A stretch of DNA of 63,246 nucleotides, counting the filler, from Hyphochytrium catenoides (Eukaryota; Protista; Hyphochytriomycota): the NCBI GenBank assembly GCA_900088475.1. It is 13 parts of 13 records of this genome, joined end to end, with 100 filler letters (N's around TTAATTAATTAA, not from the genome) between each part and the next. Parts side by side here need not be neighbours in the genome. Positions count along the whole stretch, not along the records: positions 1 to 2,805 come from FLMG01000524.1; positions 2,906 to 4,905 come from FLMG01000657.1; positions 5,006 to 6,961 come from FLMG01001040.1; positions 7,062 to 11,726 come from FLMG01003643.1; positions 11,827 to 13,185 come from FLMG01002265.1; 8 more parts are not named here. One strand, written 5' to 3'. Under the pieces are notes generated by a model that was not told the origin of the DNA, did not search any database, and was given only the letters and a program-made list of their open reading frames with translations. This document shows positions 1 to 13,284 of this stretch, piece after piece. The translations under genes were made by a program, and so were the position numbers. Position 1 is the stretch's first letter. Each line of letters starts with the position of its first letter.

Positions 1-423
1 AGAGAGAGAGAGAGAGAGAGAAGAAATCGAGGAAAGAGAAAAGGAGAGAGAGAGAAGAAGGAAGAGGTAATTGTGTGGGAGAAAGAAAGCTCCGAGACAA
101 GGTAAATCGAGAGGACCTTGCCGGATAAGCTGGATAGAGAGAGAGAGGAGAAGAAAAGAAGGAGAAGAGGGAGAGAGAGACTGAGAGAGATAAGGATTGC
201 TGAGAGAGGGAGAAAGAGATAGACGACATACCTAGGAGGAATGTGCCATGTGCTTAAGGAGAGATGAAGGGGAGGACCCTGATACTGAACAATCCTGTGG
301 GATCTCTCACACCTCCTTCTCTTTCTCTCTTTCTTTCTCTCTCTCTCCCTCTCCTCCCTTATCATCTCATCCCTACTTCTCTTCTCCCACTCTCCTCTCT
401 CTCTCTCTCATTTTACTCTTTAG

Positions 424-1386
424 AATCTCTATAACAAGGTCATCGAGCTGAGAGAGAAGCGCTTAGATTTCGAAGAGCAGCTGGCAGAGATCACAAAGTC
501 TATTGAGGAACAGAAGAGGAATATGCAGAGGTAAAGAGGGATTCTTTAGGAAGAGCAATAAGAGAAAGGAGAGCGAGAGACAGCAAGAGAGAGAGAGAGA
601 AAGAGAAAGGGAGAGAGATAGAGATAGAGAGAAAGAGCATCCTTGTGGGGATACAAGCTTTCATTTATCTTTCGACTGCTCTTTTTCTGCTTCCGCCCTC
701 TCTCCTTCCCTAGTGCACTTTCCTCATTAGCTTCCCCTCGCTTCTTTCTGTTTCTCTCTCTCTCTCTCTGTCTCTTTCTTCACCTAGTTCTCTCTCTCTC
801 TCACTCTCACATTCTCTCAAGTCTGGTGAAAGGATCCCTGGCCTTCAATCTCTCTAAATGCATAGCTAGAACCATGTCTGGTTCATCTTGTCCGTCTCTC
901 TTTTCTTTGTTCTTGCCTGTCTCTCTCTCTCTCTTTCTCTCTCTNNNNNNNNNNNNNNNNNNNNNNNNTCTCTCACACTCAGGCATCTGCAGCGTGAGAA
1001 GCAAGTGACAAAGGAGCTGCGGCAGACGGAGGGAGAGCTGCAAGTCTTTCAGGGAGAGAAACAGAGAAGACTGAACGAGCTCGAGCTTCTGGTCACTCTC
1101 TCTCTCCACCAAATCGCCTGCTTGCAGCAAGACAAGCAGACAGGATTGCTCTCTCTCCCTCAAGACATCAAGGACTGCCTTGTCTTCAGTGAGTCACAAG
1201 AACAAGGAGAGAAAGATAGAGATGACTGAGAGAAGACAGAGATGACTGAGAGAAGACAGAGATGACTGAGAGAAAGAGAGAGGGAGAGAGAGAGAGAAGA
1301 TAAGAGAAAAGAAGTCTTGGAAAAAATCTCTTCCGGAGGAGGGCAGCGCCAGAGAAGAAAGCATAGAAATTAAAATTGAGAGGAAG

Positions 1387-1431
<45 letters not shown>

Positions 1432-2655
1432 AAGGAGAAAAAGCCAGAGAGATAGAAGAAAGGAAATTGGAGAGAAAACAGGGAGTCAGCAAGGAACAGG
1501 GAGAGAAGAAAGAGTGATGGAGGGGGCAATTAGGTTTAAAGAAGGAGTTAAGTGGAGACGAAGAGAAAAAGAAAAAAGAGAGAGAGGAGCTTACTCGTTT
1601 CTCTTTTCTTCCCTGCAGGCGAGAAGGGTCTTCAGAAGCTCAGCGGCCGGATTCAGGAGCTGGAGAGCGAGACGAAGGAGCTGAGGCAGCAGTTCAAAGA
1701 TCTCCATAAGGAACAGAGAAGACTCGCCAAGTAAGAAGCAAGCTTTCTCTTTTTTTCTCTCTCTCTCTCGCTTCTCTCTGACTCCCTCTCTGTTTGAAGC
1801 TTCTTGCAGGCACCACTTCACCTAAACTCTCACCCTTTCTCTCTCTCTTTACTCTAGATTTTCATCATGCTCTGCTGTTCCTCCTCCTTATCTTCTTGCT
1901 CAGTCTTCTTTCCCTGCGAAGTCTCTTTCTCTCTCGAAGAGCAAACCATTCCACATTGCGGCTCCTCTCTCTTTCCTTGTTCTCTTCCTTATGCCTATCT
2001 CTTTCCCTACCCGCCATTCTTTCTCTCTTCCTCACCTTCACTTTCACACTCTCTCTTTTTATGTTTTCTCATTTTCTCTCTCTCTCATTGTTGTCTCATT
2101 TTCCTCTCTCTCTCTCTCTCTATCAGAGAGAAGACGATCAAAGAGGAAGAGATCAGTGTGAGCAGAGAGAAGTGCGAGTCTTTGATGCTGCTGAAGTTCG
2201 GTCAAATCATTGACATTGACAGACTGGAGAACTTCAAGAGCAGAGAGAAAGAGGACGAGACAGAGGAGAAGTTAAGGTATAGAAGAGCGACAGAAAGAGA
2301 GAGAGAGAGAGACGGACGAGACTACCAGAAACTAGGAAGACAGAAGAACTAAGATAGAGAAGAGAGAGAGAAAGAAAGAGTGAGAGAGAGATGCCTCAAG
2401 AAGGACTAGAATGATAAAGAAAAGAGGTTCCGTCCGTAAGCAACCTTGGAGAAGGAAGGACTGAGGATGGGGGATGAAGACTAACGCGAGCCCTGTCCTT
2501 CTCTTCTCTCCTTGCTCTCTTTCTCTCCTCTCTCTCTCTCTTTCCTTTGCGATCAGGGCGGAGAGCATTCAGCATGATCTCGAGCTTCAAAAGCTGCAGC
2601 AGGGGATGCTCAAGAAGAAGGCCTCACTACTTAGAGCCACAGAAGAGAATACACG
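424..2655 (+). CDS. CFAP44: Cilia- and flagella-associated protein 44 (WDR52), C-terminal coiled-coil region; partial, 5 exons (~424-530, 983-1188, 1619-1730, 2127-2276, 2557-2655)
   Basis: GT-AG spliced exons give NLYNKVIELREKRLDFEEQLAE...FQGEKQRRLNELELLVTLSLHQI...LPQDIKDCLVFS...RIQELE...CESLMLLKFGQIIDIDRLE...ATEENT, matching the CFAP44 C-terminal motif order as I recall it. Both ends of the gene lie off the contig. Confidence 0.85.
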
Positions 2656-2805
2656 GTGTGTTTCTCTCTCTCCCTCTCTCTTTTCTATTGAAAAGCCATA
2701 CTCTCTTCAAGCTTTACGTGTGATTTCTCTCTCTCTCTCTGCCTTTGCAATAGCGGAACGGTCTAACGCTCTCTTTCTGTTGCTCCTTTCTTTCCTTTGT
2801 CCAGT

Positions 2806-2905
2806 NNNNNNNNNNNNNNNNNNNNNNNNNNNNNNNNNNNNNNNNNNNNTTAATTAATTAANNNNNNNNNNNNNNNNNNNNNNNNNNNNNNNNNNNNNNN
2901 NNNNN
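2806..2905. other. Artificial contig-joining linker (N-run, TTAATTAATTAA, N-run); 12 copies in the window
   Basis: The same ~100-bp cassette, with stops in all six frames, occurs at about 2850, 4950, 7006, 11771, 13230, 18650, 29730, 33298, 45580, 56421, 58583 and 60561. Confidence 0.98.
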
Positions 2906-3227
2906 TTGGCAAGCTTACTCTGCATCGATGAAGAGAGAGAAACGAGCGTGAGAGAGAGAAGCGAGAGAGAGAGAGAAGAGAGATAGATAGATGGATAGAT
3001 AGAGAGAAGGGAGAGAGGAAGAGAAGGGAGAGAGAGATAGAGAGAAGGGAGAGAGAGAGTGGATAAATGAAGGAACGATGGACGACCTTAAGAGAGTAAA
3101 CGAGGGAAAAAGGAGAAAAGAGAGAGAGACAGACGGATAAGGAGATTAAGCACAAGCGAAGACAAAAGGGAGAATCCTGGTGAAGAGACGACAGAGGAGA
3201 TGAGATTCGAGGGTAAGGAAAAGTAGC

Positions 3228-3290
<63 letters not shown>

Positions 3291-3484
3291 AATGGGTGAA
3301 GAAGCGCGATACCACCAATGGAGAGACCAAAAGGAAAAAGCTAACGAAAGCGCGGAGGAGAGAAACGAAGACAAAGAGAAGAGAGAAACCTAAGAGCAGT
3401 GCCCGCGCGAGAGAGAAGAAAGCGAGAGACGGGAAGAGAAGGTGAAAACAAGGAAACGAGAGGAAAAGAAGAGGGAAGCAGCAC

Positions 3485-4005
3485 CTTTGTCTTTGCTGCT
3501 TCTTTATCATAGAGCGCCTTCATCTCTCTCCAGTCCTGGTCCAGCTGGCGAATGTCTTCTCTGATCTTCTGCTGCTTGGCGATCAAGTCACGAGGATTCT
3601 TCGTCTGGCCCTTGGAGTTGTTCTGTTCCTCGATGCTCTGTGCAAAGAGAGAGAGAGAAAGAGGGACAGGAAGAGAGAGAGACAGGCGGAAAGAGAGAGA
3701 GAGTGACAAGGATAAGCCAGGAGAGAGGAAGAAGGAGAGAGGGGAGAGAGAAAACGGAGGCCTAAACAAAGTATAAGGGAGCAAGGACAGAGACAAGAGA
3801 AAGTGTGCAGAGCGATTACGTTGCGAATACAGAGTGGGCGCGGGCGAGCGCCAGAGAGAGAGAGAGAGAGCAAAAAAAGAGAAGAAAGAATGGAGAAGAA
3901 GAGAGAGACATGTCCGCGGACCTGGAAGCGAGAGGTAAGAGAAAGTAAGGGAGAAGAGAATGGAGAAAGAGAGTGTGAGAGAGGCGTCTCAAAAAGAGAG
4001 AGAAG

Positions 4006-4037
<32 letters not shown>

Positions 4038-4224
4038 GCCGTACCTCTTTGACCTCTCTGAGCTTCAGCGCTATGCTGTGCTTGAGTTCTGAGAATCTGT
4101 CTCCCTTCCCTCCCTTGGCCCTTTTATCTTTATTCTTCCCTCCAATCTCTTCCTGGATGCCGTAGAGCTTCTCCAAGAGAGAGCCAAGCTCCTTGTCAAA
4201 CTGATCCTTCTCGCTTCTACCCAT
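3485..4224 (-). CDS. Probable SYP7-like Qc-SNARE/syntaxin, N-terminal helical region; partial (exons 4224-4045, 3637-3485)
   Basis: ATG at 4224 and canonical GT/AG junctions. Peptide MGRSEKDQFDKELGSLLEKLYGIQEEIG...DRFSELKHSIALKLREVKE|SIEE...NPRDLIAKQQKIREDIRQLDQDWREMKALYDKEAAKTK resembles the SYP7-family N-terminus. The SNARE motif and TM helix are not on the contig. Confidence 0.6.
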
Positions 4225-5005
4225 TATTCCCTCTTTCTCTCTCTCTCTCTCTCGCCTTGTAGTCTCCCGGTAGGTTTCGCTGCTTGGTAATTGACTGTCT
4301 GTCTCTCTCTGTCCGATTCAAAAAAAGAGAGACTGGCGTTGAAAAGTTTCTCTATGAAGGAGAGAGCGAGAGAGGAAGAGAGGGAAAATGCGTTCTCTCC
4401 AGTCAGAGCGCTGATGCAGTGGCTGGGAATTTATTGAATCTGCGGAAAAGAGGTCAACTCTTTCCTCTCGAGTCCTTGTTGATTGATGCCTTTCCTTTCT
4501 CTCTCGCTCTCACGTCCGTGTCTCTCTTCCCTAAGAACTGCGGCGCGCGTGGAAAGAGAGAGAGGAGAGTTATGACTGGATGACTGGGAAAATTGATTGA
4601 CTCTCTTCTCGGCGCTTTCCCCTTCCCTCGCCTCGTCTCTTCTCTTTCCTGTCTCTCCCTCTTTTCCCTTTCTCAACTTCAGCTGTGGGACACAGTGCCC
4701 GCCACTTTCCTCCTTTAACAGTTCAAGAGCAAAGAGAGAGAGAGAGAGAGAGCGAGAGCGAGAGAGAGGGAAACAGAGAGAGCGAGAGCGAGAGAAGGAG
4801 CGAGGAAAGGAGAGAGAGAGACATAGAGAGAGAGAGAGCGAGAGAGAGAGAGAGACATAGAGAGAGAGAGAGCGAGAGAGAGAGAGAGAGAGAGCAAGAG
4901 AGAGANNNNNNNNNNNNNNNNNNNNNNNNNNNNNNNNNNNNNNNNNNNNTTAATTAATTAANNNNNNNNNNNNNNNNNNNNNNNNNNNNNNNNNNNNNNN
5001 NNNNN

Positions 5006-5281
5006 ACTGGAGAATGTACATGAGCTCCTTGGTGCCTGGACCCACCTAGACCAGGAGAGAACCGCATGTGTATGCGCGTGAGAGAGAGAGAGAGACAGAG
5101 AGAGGGAGAGGAAAAGGGAGAGTGTGAGAAAGAGAGAGCGAAAGAGCGTGAGTGAGAGAGAGAGAGAAGAGGAGAGAGAGGAAAGGGAGAGAGAAAGAGA
5201 AAGAGAGGTGGCTGGCTTGAGACTTGTACACAAAAAATTCAGTAGATAAGAGGAGAAAGACGGAGATAATGTACACGCTTT

Positions 5282-5325
<44 letters not shown>

Positions 5326-5522
5326 AGAGAAGGCTTTCCGTACCAGTATATCCTCCGCGTCGTAAGACTGTCCCGTCCCTTTCATGGTCACAGAAGAGAT
5401 GTACCGAGCGAACGCCTCTCTCAAAGCAGGCAGCCCGGCCACGGGCAAGTAGTCTCTCTCCTGGGCGTTCTCTCTCAATGCCTGCACGACAGGCTCAGGA
5501 ACAGGGAAGGGAGACTGTCCTA
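5006..5522 (-). CDS. PLP-dependent class I/II (aspartate-type) aminotransferase; partial (exons ~5522-5344, 5045-5006)
   Basis: GQSPFPVPEPVVQALRENAQERDYLPVAGLPALREAFARY...YDAEDIL|VGPGTKELMYILQ shows the typical N-terminal fold-type I aminotransferase motifs (Y-x3-G-x-P-x-LREA; VGPGxKE). Confidence 0.85.
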
Positions 5523-5992
5523 NNNNNNNNNNNNNNNNNNNNNNNNNNNNNNNNNNNNNNNNNNNNNNNNNNNNNNNNNNNNNNNCTCTCTCTCTCTCTG
5601 TGTGTGTGTCTCTCTCTCTCTGCGGTCTAGGTTGCAGTCATGAAGACCAGTAGAAAGAGTGATATTCTGCTGAAAGAGAGAGAGAGCAAGGGATGCTTGT
5701 TAACAGAGCGGCAAGCTCTGCGGAAGATGAAGTTTGACCTGCAGCAGTGTGAGAGCTTCTTTGGATCTTTATGGTTTAGCATGCATTTCTTGGTCTACTC
5801 CCCGTACACTGTCTTCTCTCTGTCCTTTTTCCTCTCTCTCTTTCTTCACTCTCTTCCTCTCTTATCTCTCATTTTCTCTTCTCTCTCTTTTCATTCTCTT
5901 TTTCCTCTCTGTCTCTTTCTCTCTGTCTCTTTTTCTCTGTCTATTTCACTCTTTCTCTCTTTCTCTCTCTCTCTCTCTTTCTCTCCCTCTCT

Positions 5993-6041
<49 letters not shown>

Positions 6042-6575
6042 CTCTCTGGGTCCAGCTGGACCAGCTGGCAATCAAAAGCAGTTGAAGATTCTGTTCTGGC
6101 TCTTCACTTTCTCTTTGATCTCAAACGAAAGTTAACCGAATTTTATATTTTCGGCTCTTTCACCACATCATATCTAGTGCTACTCTGTGTGGCAGGTAAC
6201 CACAATAAAATGCATCATTAAGATTTCTCTTCTTTCTCTGTCTGGTTCTGAAAACAACTCTCTCTTCTCTTTGTTCTCTCTTTTCTCACTCTTTCTTTGT
6301 TCTCTCGCTCTCTGTCTCTGATCCAGTTCCCTCTCTCCGCCTCCATTCTCTCTCTTCCTCTTCAGTGCCTCTTCCCTATCTCTCACCCACAGCCTCTCCA
6401 TCTCTCGGTGTCTCTGTCTCTCTATCTCGCTCACTGTCTAGCTCTCTTCTGTCTTCTCTCTCTGCATCTCTCTCCCTCTTTCTCTCTCTTCCTTTTCAGC
6501 TCCACTCTCTTTCTTAGGTGTGATGCATGAAGCTATCATCACGTCATAAACCTGTCGTGAAACGGAGATTGAGAG

Positions 6576-6615
<40 letters not shown>

Positions 6616-7428
6616 AGAGGAATTAGCTCTCCCTTCCTCCGCTCTGACTATAGAGTCTTCCTCCCTCCCATTTCTAGGTGGGTTGACGGGGACCGCATTT
6701 CTTGCCTTTCTTCTCTCTCTTCTGGGATCTCTCCTTCTCTCTTCTTTTGCTGTGCACCCGCAGACATTGATTCTCTTCGTCTCTTATCGAGGCCAAGCTC
6801 GTCTCTCTCTCTTCTCTTCTCTCCACGGTCCTCTGCGGAGTCTCCCTTTCCCTCCCTGATTTTACTTTCTTTCCCGCAACTCTTCCACCGGTGTTGGCTT
6901 GCTCTCTCTCTACGTCTTCTCTCTCTACGTCTTCTCTCTCTACGTCTTCTCTCTCTCTCTCNNNNNNNNNNNNNNNNNNNNNNNNNNNNNNNNNNNNNNN
7001 NNNNNTTAATTAATTAANNNNNNNNNNNNNNNNNNNNNNNNNNNNNNNNNNNNNNNNNNNNCTGTTCTAACTCACCTGCACAGAAAAAACAAAAGAGCAG
7101 TGTTTGGTCCCCTTTGCAGGTGGCCTCTAATTATTCACGTGACCGAATCTTTCAACTTTTACCAGCGGAAAATAACAAACCAATCTTCCACACTTTCCAT
7201 ATATTAACAGGGATTGCTCGAGTTGAGGTCTCCCCAAAGAAAATATACAAGGGGAAGGTTTCAGGGAGTATTCGGTCAGGTGGCTCAGGTGGCCCTATTT
7301 TGGTGCTGCAGCGCTGTGTCAGAGGATCGCGACGGCCTTGACGTGGTGGCGGCGATCTAGAACCTCCACCAGCCAACCATCAAAGAGAAAAATGCGCCGA
7401 CTATAGAGCTCAGTCTCTCTCTCTCTCC

Positions 7429-7459
<31 letters not shown>

Positions 7460-10400
7460 CTCTTTCCTCTTTGTGGTCAGTGGTTGGAGGCCAGGTTGAT
7501 GAAGTCATGTGGATGTGTCTATTCAGGGAAGGCAAGGCTAGATTGCGACTATCTAGGCATTTTGGTCTTAGACAGTGTGATCTCTCTCTTTTTCAGTTTT
7601 TTAGGTTGCGCTTGTGGCGAGACAACTCAGTGGCAGACGGTGGCTAAGGAGCGAAGGCGGATTGCAGAGTCACAACGACATCATGGCGTTCGACTGTGAA
7701 AGGACACTTTCAATCATAAAACAAATGAAGAGGATAGTGAAAAGAAGCTTGCTGAGAACAGGTATAAAGCGCTGCTGTTGATGAAGAGAAAAAAAAAGCA
7801 GTGATAGCAAGCCTACAACCACTAACCTCATCCAACAGCTGTGCGGTTTGTTTGTTCCGTGGGTGTTGTTTGACAGCCAGTAGAGAAGAAGGGGACCTGT
7901 CCAAAGTGTTGGTGACAGACAGAGTGCTAAAGCTTCGCCGCCTCGCATCATGGCCTTAGACCAGCTTAGTGCCTTGATTTATTCTAATCATCCTCCGCTT
8001 TCAACACCATTCCATTGCTCAACGTCTCAGTTTTTGCTTGCTGATATTCCGCCTTCAGACAGTATACAGTCTCCTGCGGTAGAAAGCGTGGTTGTGCCAC
8101 AATTACCTTTGGACTGAGGTCAAGAGTCTCACAGATTGTCCGCCCAGAAGAAGTTGTCCTTTTGCACTCTCTCTTCCTTGTCATCTCTCCTAGCGTTCCT
8201 TCCGCCATGTTACAATGCTGCTTAGTGTCTCATCTTTTTGATTTACCTATTGAACTGTTACAGAGGCCAGTGGCCAAGGTCGTGACACGTCAGCTCCAGC
8301 GCAGCTTCTGTGCAAAGATCACTTCGGTTTCATCGCTCGAACCTCAGCCTTGTCTCCGCCTTAATAATAATAGCAAGACGCCTCCTAGTCGTCTAACCTG
8401 AAAGACCCTGCCTCTGTCACCTTCTTCCAGTATCTCATTTCCGCGCGGTCTCGCAATCTAACCCCCGGAAAGCCAGTCTTAGCACATCTCTCAATACACT
8501 CTGTCTCAGCTGGTTGATACATCTTACCCTGGTGGCACGTCCAGTACAGGTCTTGGGATCCCACGTGGCATGGCCTAGCGGCGTATGCGGCTTATGTTTA
8601 GGAGAAGGAAGCTATTCTCACCCTTATAAGGTCCTTGCCCAGTGGTATAGGATTAGGGAGATGGCGGGGAAGCGAAGAGTCGTTACACATCTAGGGAGCC
8701 GTTTCTTTAGGATGTTCCCTCCGCGGCACTCACCATCGAAGTCTGAGTGCACTCATCGCCTGCTCCCTACTTTCCGCTGCTGCTACTGAGCTGCTGCTGC
8801 TATCTTGGTCGTCTTCCCTTCTCTCTCCTCAACCCCGTCCACGCTGGTCTGCCTTCCTCCACTGTCCTTGTGTCCTCCTCCTGAGGAAATCAACATCTCG
8901 CCGCCTTCCTCCTTGGGGGCGGACAGGTGGTCCAGTTCTCTGTTGAGGCTCTTTCCTTCTGGGTTTCGTGGTGGTCGCTCACTCTGTCTCTCCGGCCTTG
9001 CTTCCTTCCACTGTTTGATCTTTTCCTTCTCTCCTCGCATGGGGGCCGCTCTGCTGTTCTCTCTTCTGTACAAGTGGACCCACCGTCCCCACGCAGCCTC
9101 CGCGGTGGTCTTGGCGAATAGTTTTCCGCCTTTTGTTCTCTGAATGTGGCTTCGCCTACTGTCCACGCGCTTCGACAGGGACGGACTTACTCTTTGTTTT
9201 ATTATCTCCACGCGCATTTGGGGCCTCAGGTCCTGTTAGAGCCGCCTGGTTCTTTTTCCTGCGCGCCGTGTCAGACAGATGAGCAAGCTGGAAGCTGGAA
9301 GCGACAGTGAACCATCTTGGTCCTTCGTAGTCTTGAGAAAGTCACCACATTTGACGACCGGGCATAGAAAATCCAGCAGTCACATCCCAGCGATTCGTCG
9401 AAGAAGAGTGCAGCAGCTACTCGTAGGATGATGATGCAAGCAAATTAAACCAAGCGGTAGTAGGAACTAGTACCTGTAGGAGGAATGTCGCGTTGGGGAC
9501 GCTGCCACGAGAAGAGGAAGAGCGTCGTCAGGGGATGGACAGCATGGGTTACATACAGAAGAAGAAGGCAAGGAAGTAACCCGCTGTCTAAGCGCCGTCT
9601 GTTGCGGCTGCTGATCTCCTTATGACCGATTCTTCTTCAACTTTTTTCCTGCTTTGTCGGTCACTTCTTTTGTCATCTTCCCTCCTCCTCCTGGTCCCTA
9701 CGCGCTGCCCCGCGCCCTTTCTCTAGTTCCTAGATGATCGAGGAGGCGGGCCGGGGGCCGCCGGGCCTTCGTGGAGGCGGCGGCGGAGTGTCGTTGTTAA
9801 AGAGTCAATAGATGATGAAGATTTTAAAAGCTCGTAGGGGACAAGAAGAGAAAGCTGGCGCTAAGAAGAAGGAAACCATGATTTGTGGTGCTGTTGTTGA
9901 ACTTCCTCTTGACCTGATGATGCCCGCGCTACTATTAGCGATGGTTCATGCTTCTCACTCCTCTCCACCCATAGGTACTCCTGCTGCTAGTCCGTCGTCC
10001 CTCTGTAATAAGAAGCTGACCACAGTTCTGCTGCGCTCGCTGGTAGCGCCAGACAGGAGGCTTCTAACCGTTCTATCTTCCGCTAGTTAGCTAGGATCTT
10101 CTACCCACTTCTTTGGTCATCGCTTCTTGGCTAGCAAAGAACTAATAATAAGTGGTGAGTGGCGCCGCTGTCAGTCCAAGATGTCTGGAGTCTCGCTCTT
10201 CTTCTAGATAACATCAATGCTGCTGCTGCCATCATCAAGATGATGAACAATGGTCTCTCCTTTTTATTAGCTATCAGCTGCCATCAGTGTCCTTCAACAA
10301 CCGTTAATACCTCCTCCTTATAGTGTCCCTGCTGCCTTCCTTCCTTTTATAAGTTGAGCAGCTACTAGGACGACCACGCTCTCCCTCTTGTTTGGATGAT

Positions 10401-12173
10401 GATGGTGGTGGCGGCGACTGCAGAGAAGGAAATGATAATAGTCCTTAGCTAGAACGAGGTAGATGATGGGAGAGAAGAAGAAGCTTTGATTGATGATGGA
10501 CAAGTTGGTCTTTCTCCACCTCTCCTCCTTCGTGCGCTTGAGTTGTCGTGAGCTTTCGCTTGTCTCTATCATCAGCTACACGATGAGTGGCTAGCCTCAT
10601 ACCACTATAGATAATGCAGGATTAGCTGCCACGGAGACTTTGGCGGTGCGAGCTGCTTAGTATGAGGGGAAGAACAAAGAATAGCCTCTCTTTGTTGTTA
10701 GCTTTACGCCTCGACTTGCGGTTCCTCTGTCTCCGTTCTCTCTCTCTCGTTTTCTTTGCTCTCTTCTTCTCCTTCTCTAGCGGCTGGGCCTCTCTGTGTG
10801 TGCACTGCTTGCTACTCTCCTTTAATGTCTGCAGCCAGGCTTGCTATATCTAATGCGATGTGCGCCGCCTGAGGAGCTGCCACCCACTGCTGCTGTGACA
10901 ACAACCTTCTATCGCCTTATTATCGCCTTACTATCTGTCTCTTCCCTTCTCACCTCGACCGCAAGAGGAAGAAGACAGCATCACGCGTTTTTCTTTAAGC
11001 TCATAGTAAGCAGACTTAGCCATGATAATAATAGAGGCAACGATGATGAGTGTGGCTGCTGCTGCGGTGGTGGTGATGACGATAGTGCGAGAGGTGCTGA
11101 GACTTATTGGAGGATAGCACCATCAGCACTTAGGGAACCAACAAAGAGCCACCGCTACTACTGCTGCTGCTGACGATGATGATAACTTTAAGGTCAGTGG
11201 TAGGTTAGATGGGGGAAGCTGGAGTTGGTGTCAGCAGCGATGGGAGAACGACACAGATAGGAGAGAGAGAGCCCTGCGTCCATATGATTCTCACCAACAA
11301 GGTAAGAGTAGTAGCCTCTAATGATGATGTCTAACAGGCACTACGACGAGGTATTCTTCGTAGTATTGGTTCGCGAGAGACAAGACAACGAACTTCTTTC
11401 CTTTTTTCTCCTTCTGTTCTCTCTGCTGACAATCCCATGAGAAGAGAGTCCATTCTCTCTTCTTACTTGTGCCATGCCACTTCGCCTGTCGTCGTGCAGT
11501 CTGTCTATCTCCCTTTTTAATATCATTCTCGTCCATCACTTGGCCCAACAACAGGACTGCTGCTTCACGCACAAGAGACGGCTTAGAACTTCTTACCTAC
11601 GAGAACATCGTGGCAGACAGCGCGGTTGTCCTCTATAGCTGCCAACATGATGGTGGTAGGGGCGATACACCCAGAACAGCCTTCGTTCTTGGGATATCGT
11701 TTTTCGTCTCATATAGACGGTAGTAGNNNNNNNNNNNNNNNNNNNNNNNNNNNNNNNNNNNNNNNNNNNNTTAATTAATTAANNNNNNNNNNNNNNNNNN
11801 NNNNNNNNNNNNNNNNNNNNNNNNNNAGAGAGAGAGAGAGAGAAAGAGAGAGAAATAACATCGAAAAGAGAGAAATGTCACCCTTACCCCTGTCAAGGTG
11901 CCTACGCCTTTCACAATCCAGCCATAATCTGTAAGGGAGTAGATCAGACAGTAGAGGGCGAAAGAGTAGAGGGACAGCGTTAGTGGAAGATAAAAGAGAT
12001 AAGGAAGTGGATTTCTCTTTAGGCTCACATGCAGAGTGACAGACAGAGAGAGAGATAGAATAAACGAAGAGAGAACGAGGCGACGGAACTTGAGACAGCG
12101 AGACCGATTACTAAGAGATCAAGAGTCTAGCCGGACGGACGGACAGACAAACAGAAAGAGAGAAAGCAAACAA

Positions 12174-12216
<43 letters not shown>

Positions 12217-13284
12217 GGACGTGCAGCGGTGGGGAGAGGTGTCAAGGACGGAGAACGTACCTCTGTGTGCTCCACTTCTGATTCCTCTGTTAAAGCCCTC
12301 CCGCGTGTATCATCACATAAACCCCTTCCGTTCTGGTTCGGCTGTCCTCTCAACCACCGCCGCCTCCTCGCTGGGGCCCTGGCGGCTGATGAGGATATCA
12401 GATGAGAGAGAAGAGAGAGGGGAAGAGGAGGAGGAGGAGACAGCGGGAGAAGATTAGCAGTGTGCTAACATTACGTTCGCGGTCACTGAGGCTCAGCTCA
12501 CCTCATGGCTCCTTCACTGTGTCGGTCTTTCGGGCAAACAGGAGACGAGGTTCCTGTCGCTTGGAGTTGGCTAGGTTTGAACTCTATGGCTGGTCTGACT
12601 GGCCTGGAAAAGATTGAATGAGGAAGAGCAAGAGCACCTTCCCGTGCTTGTTCCTCCGCTACTGACTTCATCCCTCATCTCCAGCCAAGGTCGTTGTTCC
12701 GCCAAGTTTGGCAAGAGCGACAGACCGAGCGAGAGAGAGAGAGAGAGGGAGAGAGAGAGAAAGAAAGAAAGAGAAAAGGAGAGGGAAGGGAGAGAGANNN
12801 NNNNNNNNGAGAGAGAGAGAGAGAGAAAGAGAAAAGGAGAGGGAAGGGCAGTGTGCCGCAGCGCTTGTAGCTTGTACACTGGAATTCTGCTCAAAGTGGC
12901 ATGGCTTCAAGAAGGGGTAAGCCGCCAGATCTAAAAGGTTGTAGGTGGTACAAAAGGATACTCTTTGTTGCTCCATCGCACTCTCTCTCTCTCTCTCTCT
13001 CTCCGTCTTTCCCCCTCTCTTTCTCTCTCTCTCTTCTTCTGTCTCTCTCATCACTTGCCCTTCAAAGGTCGAGATGCGAACATGAGAACACACCCCATAA
13101 TGCCGCTAACCGCTATAATAACCCTTTGTAAGTGGACCAGCCCCAGTTCCAGGGTGCGGGGAGGGGAGAGAGAGAGAGAGAGAGANNNNNNNNNNNNNNN
13201 NNNNNNNNNNNNNNNNNNNNNNNNNNNNNTTAATTAATTAANNNNNNNNNNNNNNNNNNNNNNNNNNNNNNNNNNNNNNNNNNN

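Noticed and set aside
2850-2861. Recurrent palindromic TTAATTAATTAA as a biological motif
   Set aside because: It is always centred in fixed-length N runs, so it is an artificial six-frame-stop linker.
1-6961. Numerous Ser/Leu- and Arg/Glu-rich ORFs in the ORF track (also throughout the window)
   Set aside because: They are translations of (CT)n/(AG)n microsatellites, which lack stop codons, and most fall in introns or intergenic DNA.
7900-9240. Possible decayed retroelement gag (minus-strand TCTAACA + GGACCTGAGGCCCC before ORF 8783-9217)
   Set aside because: I found no recognisable gag, zinc-knuckle, protease or RT motif, and the PBS resemblance is weak.
11827-13185. Possible exons in this short contig (similarly 5630-5810 and 58941-59720)
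   Set aside because: Splice-like signals are present but there is no identifiable product or reliable frame.
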